Source: Candidatus Poribacteria bacterium
GTDB lineage: Bacteria; Poribacteria; WGA-4E; PCPOR2b
Reading direction: 5' to 3'
Length of the DNA stretch: 64,000 nt
NCBI GenBank assembly: GCA_965215015.1
Contig: OZ244042.1
Location: forward strand, 4,704,001 to 4,768,000
The notes beneath the pieces were generated by a model. It was not told the origin of the DNA, did not search any database, and saw only the letters and a program-made list of their open reading frames with translations. Of this stretch, positions 28,296 through 38,857 are shown in pieces. Position 1 is the first letter of the stretch, and each line of letters starts with the position of its first letter. The position numbers and the translations under genes are program-made.

Positions 28296-29192
28296 TCAGT
28301 TCTTGTTGACAAGATAAATCCCATAAGCGACCAAGCAGGCACCTACAATCAGCGCGAAACCAATCTCGTCGCCCAAGAGCAGATAGCTTAACAACACACC
28401 GAATAACGGTGTCAGAAAGAACAGAACAACTAACCTACTCGGACTGTACTTCTCAAGGATCGATGTCCAAGAGACAAAGCAGAACCCAGCAATAACAATG
28501 CCCTGATAGAGAATTGCGCTCACACCCGAGACTGAGAAGTGAAAATTGGCACCCCTCTCCAAGAACAAGCTCGAAATGACAAAACATGGGATGCTAAAAA
28601 TCATTAACCAGAACAGCAGGCGATAAGGGTGAATAGATTGGATGATAAGCTTGGTGACCACCGTCCGCAGACCTAACAGACAGCCACTTAGCAAAACAAT
28701 GAAATCTCCACGTAGGTAATCCTGCACCCCAAATTTCAGATTTCCCCCGAAAGTTAGCAGGACCCCACCAAATGCAAGGGTAATCCCTACCATTTTCCTG
28801 GCCGAAAGCCGATCGCCCGGCACCCAAAAATGGGCAAACAACGCCGTAAAGAACGGGTATGTACTGATGAAAATCGTCGATCGTGACGCTTCTGTGATTT
28901 GCGTTCCGAGGTTCAGCGTGCTAATTTGGAGCGTGAAAATCACCGATACAAAAACCAGTGGGAGCAACTCGCCCGGATGCATTTGGAGGCGAACCCTCTG
29001 ATATAACGACCACAACGTAATCGCGGCGAATCCAAGGAGAAAACGTATCGTCGCTAGTGCAAAGGGCGGAACCCCCTGTAAGCCGATTTTGATCGAAACC
29101 GAGTTGCCTCCCCAGAGCAGGGCAAGCAACAGTACCAACGCGATGACCCTAGTATTTGGTCGGTCAGCGGCGATTTCAGGTTTTTCACTCAT
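28296..29192 (-). CDS. DMT/EamA family transporter
   Basis: Ten TM segments, LWGGN, RFLLG, LTPLFGVLLSYLLLGD. Confidence 0.9.
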   Translation of the reverse strand: MSEKPEIAADRPNTRVIALVLLLALLWGGNSVSIKIGLQGVPPFALATIRFLLGFAAITLWSLYQRVRLQMHPGELLPLVFVSVIFTLQISTLNLGTQITEASRSTIFISTYPFFTALFAHFWVPGDRLSARKMVGITLAFGGVLLTFGGNLKFGVQDYLRGDFIVLLSGCLLGLRTVVTKLIIQSIHPYRLLFWLMIFSIPCFVISSLFLERGANFHFSVSGVSAILYQGIVIAGFCFVSWTSILEKYSPSRLVVLFFLTPLFGVLLSYLLLGDEIGFALIVGACLVAYGIYLVNKN

Positions 29193-29340
29193 CCTTTCTC
29201 GCGTTTCTTTCTCCTACGTTTCACATTCTAAGTTACACATCAGGTTGGACGCATTACGGCAAAACGTAAGGGGACCAGAATCACAGGAACGCTCCCATCC
29301 TTTCCTTCTAATCCTTATTCACCTAATCTCTGAATACCCC

Positions 29341-30141
29341 TCAATCATAATTACTTGGTCGATGGTCACCAAGCAGCCGTCGTTGCCGCGGCGTTGCCTG
29401 CGCGAGAATCGCTTCGTCAAACTGAAACTTGTTGAGGTAGGGTGGAAATTTCTGTGTAATCATCCGCTTGGCGTAATGCACCTGTAATAGATAACGGTTC
29501 TGATCGCTCGTATTTTCCGAACCGCGGTGCCACACCTCGCTTCGGAAAACAACGACATCGCCGGCATTACATAGGATACTGTGGTCGCCAACCCCTTTCC
29601 ACTCAACATCACCATTTGGGCTTCGTCCCGCCTGATGACTCCCCGGAATAAACTTTGTCGGTCCCAATTCTTCATACAGGTTATCAAGATAAAAATGGGC
29701 GGTGGTAATAAAAATTGGAACCTTCACCCGCGGATCCGCCAACACATCCGCCGGCAGGCTAATCGGCAGCCAATCGGTATGTAAGCTCTGATCCGGACGC
29801 CCAGGCCCCGTCGTCCATGCTGTCATCCCAATAACGTGGCAATCGTCGCCGTGGATAGCTTCCTCCAACTCAATAATCTCTGGCTTGTCGAGATATTGCA
29901 GAAAAATGGCATCTCGATTGAAGGCATTATTGATATGCTTATTGAGAAAACCACCGTTTTCAGGAGTACTGTGTTTATCGAAACTGTCCGGTATCTGCGT
30001 CAGCCGGTCCATGGCGTCTCGCAGTTCAAAAATTTCTTCGGCGTTGAGAACCGCAGGGAAATAGACAAAGCCATCATTCTCTATAGCTTTGACTCGACTT
30101 TCTAAATCTGGATATGCAACAAGTGGTAACGCGTCAGCCAT
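29341..30141 (-). CDS. PhyH-family Fe(II)/2OG dioxygenase
   Basis: LHTD, GPTKFIPGSH, AGDVVVF, WHRG. Confidence 0.9.
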   Translation of the reverse strand: MADALPLVAYPDLESRVKAIENDGFVYFPAVLNAEEIFELRDAMDRLTQIPDSFDKHSTPENGGFLNKHINNAFNRDAIFLQYLDKPEIIELEEAIHGDDCHVIGMTAWTTGPGRPDQSLHTDWLPISLPADVLADPRVKVPIFITTAHFYLDNLYEELGPTKFIPGSHQAGRSPNGDVEWKGVGDHSILCNAGDVVVFRSEVWHRGSENTSDQNRYLLQVHYAKRMITQKFPPYLNKFQFDEAILAQATPRQRRLLGDHRPSNYD

Positions 30142-30367
30142 CTATTCACTCCTCCCATCTTCATATTTTTTTCTAACCGAACCCAAGTCACTAGTAGTAA
30201 CCACGCTCCATCGTGCCGTAATATGCACAACGGTTACGGCATACGGAGTATACTTACTACTTTGGGAAATCTATCAAAAATTGTCGCTGATTTTACCGAC
30301 TCTGCTGCGTCGTGTCAACACTTTTTTAAGGGAAATGGCAGCGAAGCCCATCTCTTGAAATATTCCC

Positions 30368-31132
30368 TTAACCCATTATCCCAATGCTCTTGAGATAAGC
30401 CACGGACTTCTCCATTCGTGCTTGTACACCCGCCTCATCTATATCCTCGCCTTCAATCCCTTCCAACTCCATTGCACACGGGCCATAGAAGCCTGCGTCA
30501 GTCAAGATCTGAAACACGCCTTTGAAATCAACCACGCCTTCACCGAGTGCAGGAAAGTGCCACGTCCGATACCCACCGTTGGTATCTTTGAGATGAACGG
30601 CACCAACATGTTTGATAATCTTCCTAAGCTCACCAACAGCGGTGACGTTATGATTGTAGAAATAGACATTGCCGGTGTCAAAGTTAATACAGATGTTCGG
30701 GTGGTTGACCCTCCGCATAGTTTCGAGTGCGACATCGGCGTTGTGCGCCAGATCGAGATGTGTTTCCAAACAGACCTTGAGGCCGAGCGGAGCAGCGTTC
30801 TCACCAATCTGTCTTAGCCGTTCATAGATGACATTTCGATCGTGGTCGCCGGCATGGGCACTGGTAAAGATGACCTTTACACCGATCTGGGCCGCAGCGT
30901 CTAAGCAAACCTGAAAGTCTGAGACAACGTTCTCATCCTGAACATTGCAACCCGCAGCAACGCTGGTCGCTGTGAGTCCATAGGATTTCAACTCAGCGAG
31001 CACCTTATCGACATCTCCCGGCGCAGGCGCAGCGATCTCAACATTTGTCAACCCAATTTTCGCAAGATGCGGATACGCACCTTCACGAAATTGTCCATAG
31101 CTATTCAAATTACATGCGATGATATTTTTCAT
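30368..31132 (-). CDS. Sugar phosphate isomerase/epimerase (xylose isomerase-like TIM barrel)
   Basis: LETH, NFDTGN, HLKD, LGEGVVDF, MELE. Confidence 0.88.
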   Translation of the reverse strand: MKNIIACNLNSYGQFREGAYPHLAKIGLTNVEIAAPAPGDVDKVLAELKSYGLTATSVAAGCNVQDENVVSDFQVCLDAAAQIGVKVIFTSAHAGDHDRNVIYERLRQIGENAAPLGLKVCLETHLDLAHNADVALETMRRVNHPNICINFDTGNVYFYNHNVTAVGELRKIIKHVGAVHLKDTNGGYRTWHFPALGEGVVDFKGVFQILTDAGFYGPCAMELEGIEGEDIDEAGVQARMEKSVAYLKSIGIMG

Positions 31133-31352
31133 CCTTGTACCTCTTAATAAAAGATCGGTTCATATTAAGAAATCGTGCAATAAAAACCGAGCTTTTGGCA
31201 AGCGCGGGCGGGGAAACACCGCCCCTATAGTTCCCTTCGCACTTTGTACTTTCCTCTTCTACGAGCCCCGCAGATTGGGCACTAATGGACCAATGAACAT
31301 ATTGTTTTCACGTTTCACGCTCTTAGCATTCTGTACTTTTGAGCCAAAAGAT

Positions 31353-32273
31353 TTACCTTTCGATGTATGAAATATCTTCCAACACCCGCCGCAAAAAGCC
31401 GTCGTTTTTTTTTAATAACGCAACGGCTTCCTTCTGATTGATCCCCTTCACAAGCATGACAATTGCGGTTTTCACACTGCCATCGGCGCATTCCAACGCC
31501 GCTTGTGCTGTCGCATAGTCTGTCCCTGTGATCTCCATGATGATACGCACCCCCCGATCAATAAGCTTCGCGTTCGACGCCTGAACATCAACCATTAGAT
31601 TGTTGTAAACCTTCCCAATCTGGATCATCGAGACAGTGGTGAGCATGTTGAGTACCAACTTCGTCGCTGTCCCGGTTTTCAGCCGTGTTGAGCCAGTGAT
31701 AATTTCTGGACCCACAACCGGCGCGATAAAGACATCCACAAATGCTTTCAGACTATCAGCGGGCGGGGTGCAGCAGAGGAAAATCGTCTTGGCCCTGATT
31801 CGATGGGCCTCCTCCAACGCACCAAGCACATAAGGTGTACGACCGCTGCCCGCAATGCCAACCACTACATCTTGATCGGTAATGCCGTGATCGCGGAGGG
31901 CTTGTGCGCCGGCGTCCGGTTTATCTTCCGCAGCCTCAACGGAACGACGCAACGCTTGATCTCCACCGGCGATGATTCCCTGTATCATGCTGGGCGGGGT
32001 ACTAAACGTCGGTGGACACTCAGAGGCATCAAGGACACCAAGCCTACCGCTTGTCCCCGCACCGATATAAAAAAGCCGTCCACCTCGACGAAACGCTTCG
32101 GTGATGAGTGTTATCCCCCGCGCGATTGATGCAGATTCAACCTCTACAGCCGCAAGTGCTTTCCGATCTTCTTCGTGAAAAATCTGCAAAATCTCTTCAG
32201 TCGATTTGAGGTCAATATCAATTGAGTTCGGATTTCGCTGCTCGGTGATAAGTTTGGAGAGATCGTCTAACAT
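31353..32273 (-). CDS. murQ: N-acetylmuramic acid 6-phosphate etherase
   Basis: TEQRNP, GAGTSGRLGVLDASECPPTF, GPEIITGSTRLK. Confidence 0.96.
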   Translation of the reverse strand: MLDDLSKLITEQRNPNSIDIDLKSTEEILQIFHEEDRKALAAVEVESASIARGITLITEAFRRGGRLFYIGAGTSGRLGVLDASECPPTFSTPPSMIQGIIAGGDQALRRSVEAAEDKPDAGAQALRDHGITDQDVVVGIAGSGRTPYVLGALEEAHRIRAKTIFLCCTPPADSLKAFVDVFIAPVVGPEIITGSTRLKTGTATKLVLNMLTTVSMIQIGKVYNNLMVDVQASNAKLIDRGVRIIMEITGTDYATAQAALECADGSVKTAIVMLVKGINQKEAVALLKKNDGFLRRVLEDISYIER

Positions 32274-32325
32274 CCTATCTGCCCGTAAATATCTGTAATC
32301 ATTAAGAGCTCATGTCAAGAAATTG

Positions 32326-32371
32326 TGCAACAGCAACCGAGTTTTTGACAAAAATTCGGTTGCTCTTTGCA
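32326..32371. repeat. Intergenic hairpin (REP-like or terminator)
   Basis: TGCAACAGCAACCGAGTTTTTG...AAAAATTCGGTTGCTCTTTGCA inverted repeat. Confidence 0.5.
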
Positions 32372-32425
32372 TTTTGCACTTTTTTTTAGCATGAGCCCCA
32401 TTAAAATGAATGGGTAACAACCCTA

Positions 32426-33229
32426 CTATTGAGCCAACATCTGTTTAGCAACCTCAACCTCATCTTGAAACTGAGGCAAATCTGCCGCACGTTTTAGGAA
32501 AAGATCCAGATAGCGCTTCATCGTAAGGCGATCACCCTGCTTTTCATACATCCGCGCGAGGTGGTAGTATACCTCCGTATCCTCCGGGTTAAACGACCGA
32601 GACTTTTCGTATGCACGGATTGCCAGATCAATCTGCTCTGTCTCCTGATAGACGTGTGCGAGGTTATAATGTGCATCTGAATCGCTCTCATCTAACGCGA
32701 TGGCTTGTTGATAATAGCGAATCGCTTCCTCAAACTGATCGCGCGCATGATAAGTAGCAGCCAGATTGAAATAGGCATCCTGAAAGGTCGGATCCGCCTC
32801 AATTGCCTTGCGATAGGCTTCGATCGCCTCGCCAAACTGATCCGCGGTGTCATAAGCATAAGCCAGATTGTTGAGAAAGGCGGGATTATTGGGGGAAAGT
32901 TCGGTCGCTTTCTCAAATGCCCGAATTGCTGGACTCGCTAGTTGCATGTCTACGTAGACTAAACCGAGCGCGTTGTGCACTTGTGCGTTCTCCTCATCAA
33001 TTGCCAATGCCTCTTGAAATTGCTCAATGGCTTTCTCGTACTCCCCCATTTCGTGATACACTTCGCCGAGTTCCAAATATCCCGTCGGATCTTCCGGCGT
33101 GAGTGCCATCCCCAACCTGAGTCGGGTCGCTTCACGACTTAGTTCCTCTTGTCGCTGCGGTTTCTTCTCGGCAGGCTGACAACTTAAAAAAAGGACGAAA
33201 ATTAGGAGAAAGACCGGAAGTGTTCTCAT
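32426..33229 (-). CDS. TPR-repeat lipoprotein
   Basis: Lipobox FLSC; several TPR units (YLELGEVY, HNALGLVY, YFNLAATY, HYNLAHVY). Confidence 0.88.
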   Translation of the reverse strand: MRTLPVFLLIFVLFLSCQPAEKKPQRQEELSREATRLRLGMALTPEDPTGYLELGEVYHEMGEYEKAIEQFQEALAIDEENAQVHNALGLVYVDMQLASPAIRAFEKATELSPNNPAFLNNLAYAYDTADQFGEAIEAYRKAIEADPTFQDAYFNLAATYHARDQFEEAIRYYQQAIALDESDSDAHYNLAHVYQETEQIDLAIRAYEKSRSFNPEDTEVYYHLARMYEKQGDRLTMKRYLDLFLKRAADLPQFQDEVEVAKQMLAQ

Positions 33230-33262
33230 CGGTAGACCTCGAATCAATAAGCATTAGAAATA

Positions 33263-33290
33263 ATTATAACAGACCTACCCAAAGTGTCAA
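33263..33290 (-). promoter_or_regulatory. Sigma70-type promoter of the TPR lipoprotein gene
   Basis: Minus strand TTGACA-16 bp-TATAAT with TG extension. Confidence 0.6.
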
Positions 33291-33888
33291 CGACTTTCTG
33301 CAAGGAGAAATTTCTTTGAGATTTAACCCGCGTTATGTTACTATTATAACCCAAGTTTCTAGCTCTGTTCACATTTCATCGTAACTAAATAATTGCGGCA
33401 ACGAAACTCAGCCCCCCATATACCGAACCGCTAACTTATTAAAACGAGAAGAGATAGGCCGATACCGCTTGATTTTGTTAATGAAACATTCGACTAAATG
33501 CCTCTCTATACAGATGCACATCATAAGGGCGTGAATCCTGCCGGTTCGCATGTGGGGGTATCATCGGCACCGCATCCCTGATTGTGTACTGTGTCTCGCG
33601 TTCGCACACACCTCACGCAAATGTCAACAGAACCTAGATAACCCGTAGGCCGAGTTTCCATATTCAACAACTCATGGAAATAACCGATATAATCCAATTG
33701 TAGCACAAGTTTTCCAACCTGTGATCGTCCCGCAGAGCCTGCCCTCGATTATATCAGGGTTAGGAAACCTACGTCACTATCTATTGCTTTGAATACCAAT
33801 TTTATCGGGGAGGAGTCCCATGTATAGGGTCCATCAATTCAATCAACTAATGAACAAATGAAAGCAGGGTTAGGGGAGAGAGAAACGA

Positions 33889-34698
33889 ATGAAAAAACAA
33901 CTGTATCTCATTGGCGGCATTGCGGGGGTTATCTTGCTCATTCTCGCTACCGTTATGAGCTACTACATATTCAGATTTAAGCATAATTTTGAAGAAGAAC
34001 AGGAAAGTCGGATTACTTACGAAAAAAAGTCCGAACAACTACAGCGTAAACTGAGCACAACCCAAGCGGAACTCGAAGCAAAGAAAAACAAAATCAACCT
34101 CTTGGAGGACACAATTGACGAGGTGCAAGAACGCGCGACCAATTTGACCGAAGCTAAAGCAAAGGCGGAAGCAGAAGCGATGGAGCTTCTCTCAGAAAAG
34201 CAACGCAGACAAGAGGAATTAAAACGGAAAGAAGCGGAATTTCGGGATCTCCGATCGGAGCTCCAAAAGGAAATTGAAGCGAAAGAAATTACCATCACGA
34301 CACTCAAAGGACAACTGACAGTCAACCTGATGGATAAAATTCTGTTCGCCTCCGGAAAAGCCGAGATTAAAGATGATGGCAAACGTATCTTGGACAAAAT
34401 CGCGAAGGCGTTCTTAAATCGCTATCCAGATCGAGAAATCCGGGTCGAAGGCCATACAGACAATGTCCCCTTCAGAGGTTCAGTCTTGAACAATTGGGAC
34501 CTATCCACACAACGGGCGATCTCCGCTGTTCGTTATCTACAAACGCGTGCGGGTGTGGATCCTGCACGTTTGGCAGCGGTCGGTTATGCCTACTACCGTC
34601 CAATCGATACAAACAAAACTCCCAAAGGCAGAGCGAGAAATCGCCGAATCGAAATCATTGTGATGCCCCCAAAACAGGCAGAAGCACAGGAATTTTAA
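33889..34698 (+). CDS. OmpA/MotB-family protein with coiled coil
   Basis: N-terminal TM, coiled coil, ILFASGKA, VEGHTDN, NWDLSTQRA, RARNRRIEI. Confidence 0.9.
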   Translation: MKKQLYLIGGIAGVILLILATVMSYYIFRFKHNFEEEQESRITYEKKSEQLQRKLSTTQAELEAKKNKINLLEDTIDEVQERATNLTEAKAKAEAEAMELLSEKQRRQEELKRKEAEFRDLRSELQKEIEAKEITITTLKGQLTVNLMDKILFASGKAEIKDDGKRILDKIAKAFLNRYPDREIRVEGHTDNVPFRGSVLNNWDLSTQRAISAVRYLQTRAGVDPARLAAVGYAYYRPIDTNKTPKGRARNRRIEIIVMPPKQAEAQEF

Positions 34699-34793
34699 TC
34701 CTGTTGTCCCACAGCTTTACTGATTATACACAATTTGGAATTGACAAATATCTGCTGACTTGTCAACCCAACCCTAAAAAGGAGTTTCTACCC

Positions 34794-35588
34794 ATGTCAA
34801 CGAAGGTAACCGTTAAATTTGGATATCAAAAACATACCCAGTTTATGGAGGAGGGGTACGTGAGACTCGGACACCTCCTGTCAAATAAAGAGTTAGCTGC
34901 GTTGCAGCAACGGATTGATGACATCATGCTGGGGGTTGTGCCCTACGAGAATATGCGGTTCCAACTCGATAGCACCACCGGCGTCTATCGCGAAGCACCT
35001 CCGGAGAGTGTAGGACACAAGGGCGCAACACTCCAATATCGGAAGATTATGGACCTTGAGCAAGATCCCTTGTTTCTCTCCTACATGCAGCATCCACTTC
35101 TGCGCGACATCACGCGGCACTACATCGGCGAGGATGTCTCAATCTACCGGGCGATGTTCATGAATAAGCCTGCCAATCAAGGCACAGTGCTGCCATGGCA
35201 CCAAGATGTTGGAGTCGGTTGGGGGCTGGATCGCAACCCAATCGTTACAGTCTGGATGGCTTTAGACGCTGCAACAGTAGACAACGGTTGTATGCAAATC
35301 GTGCCCGGTATCCACAAACACGGTGTAATAAATGAGGGACATTTTGCCACGGAAGCGGATGCCAAAAAATATCAGTTGGAAGAGAATGCCATTCAGTTGG
35401 AAGTAGAAGAGGGGGAAGTCGTCCTATTGAATAACCTTCTATTACATCGTTCCGGGGTGAATCCAACAGGAAAACGGCGACGCGCCTTCAGTGCTGCCTA
35501 TATGGATGCAGAGACGAAACACGTGAAAACGGGCGAGACGTTTCCGGTGATTTTCGGCAAAAATGCGCTGAAGCCTGCCGAATGTTGA
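34794..35588 (+). CDS. PhyH-family dioxygenase
   Basis: NKP, WHQD, NGCMQIVPG, LHRSG; RBS AAGGAG before ATG 34794. Confidence 0.9.
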   Translation: MSTKVTVKFGYQKHTQFMEEGYVRLGHLLSNKELAALQQRIDDIMLGVVPYENMRFQLDSTTGVYREAPPESVGHKGATLQYRKIMDLEQDPLFLSYMQHPLLRDITRHYIGEDVSIYRAMFMNKPANQGTVLPWHQDVGVGWGLDRNPIVTVWMALDAATVDNGCMQIVPGIHKHGVINEGHFATEADAKKYQLEENAIQLEVEEGEVVLLNNLLLHRSGVNPTGKRRRAFSAAYMDAETKHVKTGETFPVIFGKNALKPAEC

Positions 35589-35613
35589 CCTAAGCCACCA
35601 AAGGAGAACGACC

Positions 35614-36954
35614 ATGCCAACAGCGGCACTCATCACCTTGGGATGTAAGGTGAATCAATACGACACACAAGCGATGCAGGAAGTGATGCTTCGTAACGGA
35701 TACACCATTGTGGGAGAGAACGACCCCGTGGACGTTTGCATCATCAACACCTGCACCGTGACCAATGCCGCAGATCAAAAAGCCCGTCAAGTCATCCGGC
35801 GAGTAGTTCGGAAAAATCCCGATACCGAAGTCCTTGTCACGGGTTGTTACGCTGAAAGTGATCGGGAGGCAATCGAGAGTATTCCGGGTGTTTCGCTCGT
35901 TTTCGGGAATCGCGAAAAGGCTGGCCTTCAGAAGTATCTGGATCTGGTTCACAAATCATGGAAAGAAAAGGATTACTCACCCCTGTTGCAGATTGAACCA
36001 GTCCATCACGACGCCGTCCGCGAACACGCGAATTTCAGCATGTCGGTAAGTGAAGCGGGCAAACATACACGCGCACTCATCAAGGTGCAAGACGGGTGCA
36101 GTGCCTTTTGTACCTACTGCATTATCCCCTATGTCCGGGGGCGCATGACGAGTCGTCCTCTGCTTGACATCGTGCAAGAAGCAGAACAGATCGCCGCAAA
36201 CGGATACAAGGAAATTGTTATAACCGGCGTCCATTTAGGGGCTTACGGGCTAGATATAGGCCGCCAGACAAACATTGCGGACATTTTGGAGCATATCCAC
36301 CCCATTGATGGAATTGAGCGCATCCGCTTTAGCTCCATCGAAGCGATGAATTTCCCACCAGATTTGGTCGATCGGATGGCAGCGTTACCCAAGTGTATGC
36401 CCCACTTCCACCTGCCGCTACAGGCTGGCAGCGATAAAATCTTGCGCCAAATGCGGCGCCGCTATACAAGAGCAGAATTTTCGCGTCTCGTCGAAAAACT
36501 CCGCGCCTCGTTTTCAGATGTCGGGATTACCACCGATGTTATGGTTGGCTTTCCGGGCGAGACCGACGCCGATTTTGAGGCCTCGCTTCGGTTTGTCGAA
36601 GATATCGGTTTCAGTCAGCTGCACGTTTTCCGCTACTCTCCCCGTCGCGGCACTCCCGCAGCAGACTACCCGAATCACGTGCCCCCGCACGTCTCCGCTG
36701 AACGCAGTAAGGCGATGATTGCGTTGGGAAAACAACTCGGCGTTGAATTTCGGAAACGTATGTTAGGCAAGACGATGCATGTATTGGTTGAGGAAAACCG
36801 TGAAGGAACGGTTGGACCTCTAGCGGGGTTCACAGAGAATTATTTACGGGTGCTGATGAATCTCCCCAACTCAGTGGTGAACCGGATTTTGCCGGTGAAG
36901 TTGACAACGTTGGAAGGTGAGTTTATCCGGGCAGAAGCAGCCAACGGCTTCTAG
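35614..36954 (+). CDS. mtaB: tRNA N6-threonylcarbamoyladenosine methylthiotransferase
   Basis: TLGCKVNQYDT, NTCTVT, KVQDGCSAFCTYC, LTGVHLG-like motif. Confidence 0.93.
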   Translation: MPTAALITLGCKVNQYDTQAMQEVMLRNGYTIVGENDPVDVCIINTCTVTNAADQKARQVIRRVVRKNPDTEVLVTGCYAESDREAIESIPGVSLVFGNREKAGLQKYLDLVHKSWKEKDYSPLLQIEPVHHDAVREHANFSMSVSEAGKHTRALIKVQDGCSAFCTYCIIPYVRGRMTSRPLLDIVQEAEQIAANGYKEIVITGVHLGAYGLDIGRQTNIADILEHIHPIDGIERIRFSSIEAMNFPPDLVDRMAALPKCMPHFHLPLQAGSDKILRQMRRRYTRAEFSRLVEKLRASFSDVGITTDVMVGFPGETDADFEASLRFVEDIGFSQLHVFRYSPRRGTPAADYPNHVPPHVSAERSKAMIALGKQLGVEFRKRMLGKTMHVLVEENREGTVGPLAGFTENYLRVLMNLPNSVVNRILPVKLTTLEGEFIRAEAANGF

Positions 36955-37710
36955 ACCAATATAGATTGAAGCGGGAAACAACTGCCGCATTGTTCAATAT
37001 CATCTGCGGGGATGTGTGCAAGCATCGCTCGCATCATCTCATCGGTGGGCTTCTGGTTGTTATCGCGCGGTGCGGTTTGTGGTGGGGGGGTTGGTCTTTG
37101 AACAGGGGGCTTAAAGAGGGGTTCCCAATGGCGGGGCGTGGCATCCTTCAAAATAGCGTGGGGGTCGGGGGAGATGAAACACAGGCAATTGATGTTCTTC
37201 GGGTTTCCGTCAATCTCGCCGAAACCCTTATCAATGCAGTAAGACTTGACGGCTTCAAATGCTGCGGCGTGGTCCTCAACGGTCGCTACTGGTGAGACCT
37301 TTATCAATGCTTTTACTTTGGCGCGCGGCGATCGAAAGACAAGTCGGGCGTGCGGGTCAATGCACAAGTCATCAAAGAGTTTGTCGAAGTCTGTGGATTC
37401 ATCAAAATCGGCTTGAATCAGATTCGTGTGCACAAAATCACCCGTGCGTTTGCCAGTGGGTAACCGATGGCGTAAAAGCGGGTAACGCCGTCTTTGCTTT
37501 CGCTTGTGCCTCTCCAGTCAGCGCACGGACCTGGTCAATCTTGAGTTTCCAAGTGGGGTCGGCGGTCAGTTTACGATGCAACTGCTGGATGTTGCCAGTG
37601 TGGTTGCTTTCTTTCGATTGATCCCCACGCTGAAAGAACGAAAATCGCTCTAAATCGGGAAATTCCCCATCGGTTGATAGATTTGCGCTTTCATTTGCCT
37701 CTCCTTTCAA
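36951..37710 (-). pseudogene. Frameshifted, truncated BT4734/VirE N-terminal (primase-like) gene of mobile-element origin
   Basis: KTALPAFTPS (37438-37710 frame) continues in another frame as HTNLIQADFD...DP...FRSP...KVK...LCFISPDP (36951-37433). Confidence 0.7.
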
Positions 37711-37882
37711 GTGCAGTTTCTACACGAGTAAGGGCAGTTTTTTTCACACCTTGGGGGCGGGTGTGGCGGTGTCCGTCATCCACGGATTTTCTTTATCAAG
37801 TCTATCGAGTTCGGAATCACTGAGAGGATTTATCACATTCATGTTGTCTGAATCAGGATTCTCAGGATTTGGAGATTTTCAG

Positions 37883-38830
37883 GATCTACCACATTCCGAC
37901 CTGTTAGCCTACAAGATCCTAACAATCCCCTAACAGAGGCCCTTCAAGCCGCCTATCAGACGCGCTAACAGGCGGAGAATGTTGACAAATCCCAGTTGTG
38001 GCGACTCCTTTTCGCTGTCTAACCAGTATTTGCCTTTGGCTTGGTCCTTCGAGCTTGTTACACTCAGGTTTTTACCGGAGTGTATAAAGCTCCTTCGTGT
38101 TATAATGTATGTAGATAAATTTGCACATGGTTAGAAGTAGATTTACCCGTATTCCAAGCCATCTTATCAAGCCGCTTTTTGATCTAATGTGTAGCATCCC
38201 CGCTCTGTTATTCTTGCCCAACGCGCCATGATTTTTGCCCTCCATATTGATACTAAAACACCAAGATTTACATCACTCATGGTTCAATCCGTCTGTTAGG
38301 CCTCTGTTAGGTGAAACCTAACAGACAGCTAACAGGCTTTGAATGATATAAATCCTCCCGGATCAAAGGGAAATTATAACCCGTGTTTCAAGCCCTGAAA
38401 ATTCCTTTTGCAGCAAGCCGAACCCCTTGCTATGCTTGAATCCGTGACCAATTCGCATATGCAACCGAAGAGAAGTTTCAACTCTGCTGAAACGCCCCTT
38501 GGGGATATTATGATTATTATACCACGCAACCATAGCAGACAGACGCAATTCACGAATGGGATTGTTACCCGACTTGTCAGGCTGCCTGTTAGGTGTAGTT
38601 GTTAGGTGAAACCTAACAGCCATGTTAGCGGCACGCTAACAATCCCTCACCTAACAGTCCAAAAAAAGGGGGTATCCAAGGCAGATTGTGAGCCATACGG
38701 CTGACAAAGCCAAGGATACCCCCAGTTTCATTAGAGATCTTCAACATTCTCCGCCTGTTAGCGATTCGCTAACAAGCGGTTAAAAACCGTCTGTTAGGGC
38801 GAGCCCTAACAAGGCGGAATGTGATAGATC
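37883..38830. mobile_element. Non-coding element with ~90-100-bp imperfect terminal inverted repeats and internal CTGTTAG/CTAACAG hairpins
   Basis: GATCTACCACATTCCGACCTGTTAG...CGCTAACAGGCGGAGAATGTTGA (37883-37985) mirrored by TCAACATTCTCCGCCTGTTAGCG...CTAACAAGGCGGAATGTGATAGATC (38741-38830). Confidence 0.7.
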
Positions 38831-38857
38831 TTTTTATCTTTTTATTGGGATTGATTG

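Noticed and set aside
33520-33634. IS6-like end GGTTCTGTTGACATT on the minus strand
   Set aside because: No partner repeat or transposase remnant recognised; too short to support
37436-37440. Selenocysteine readthrough of the TGA in the primase-like gene (also considered for ureB)
   Set aside because: Downstream homology lies in a different frame, so these are frameshifts rather than in-frame UGA
37883-38830. Integron attC array
   Set aside because: Hairpin arms run GTTAG then CTAAC (reverse of attC), with no intact cassette ORFs and no intI in the window
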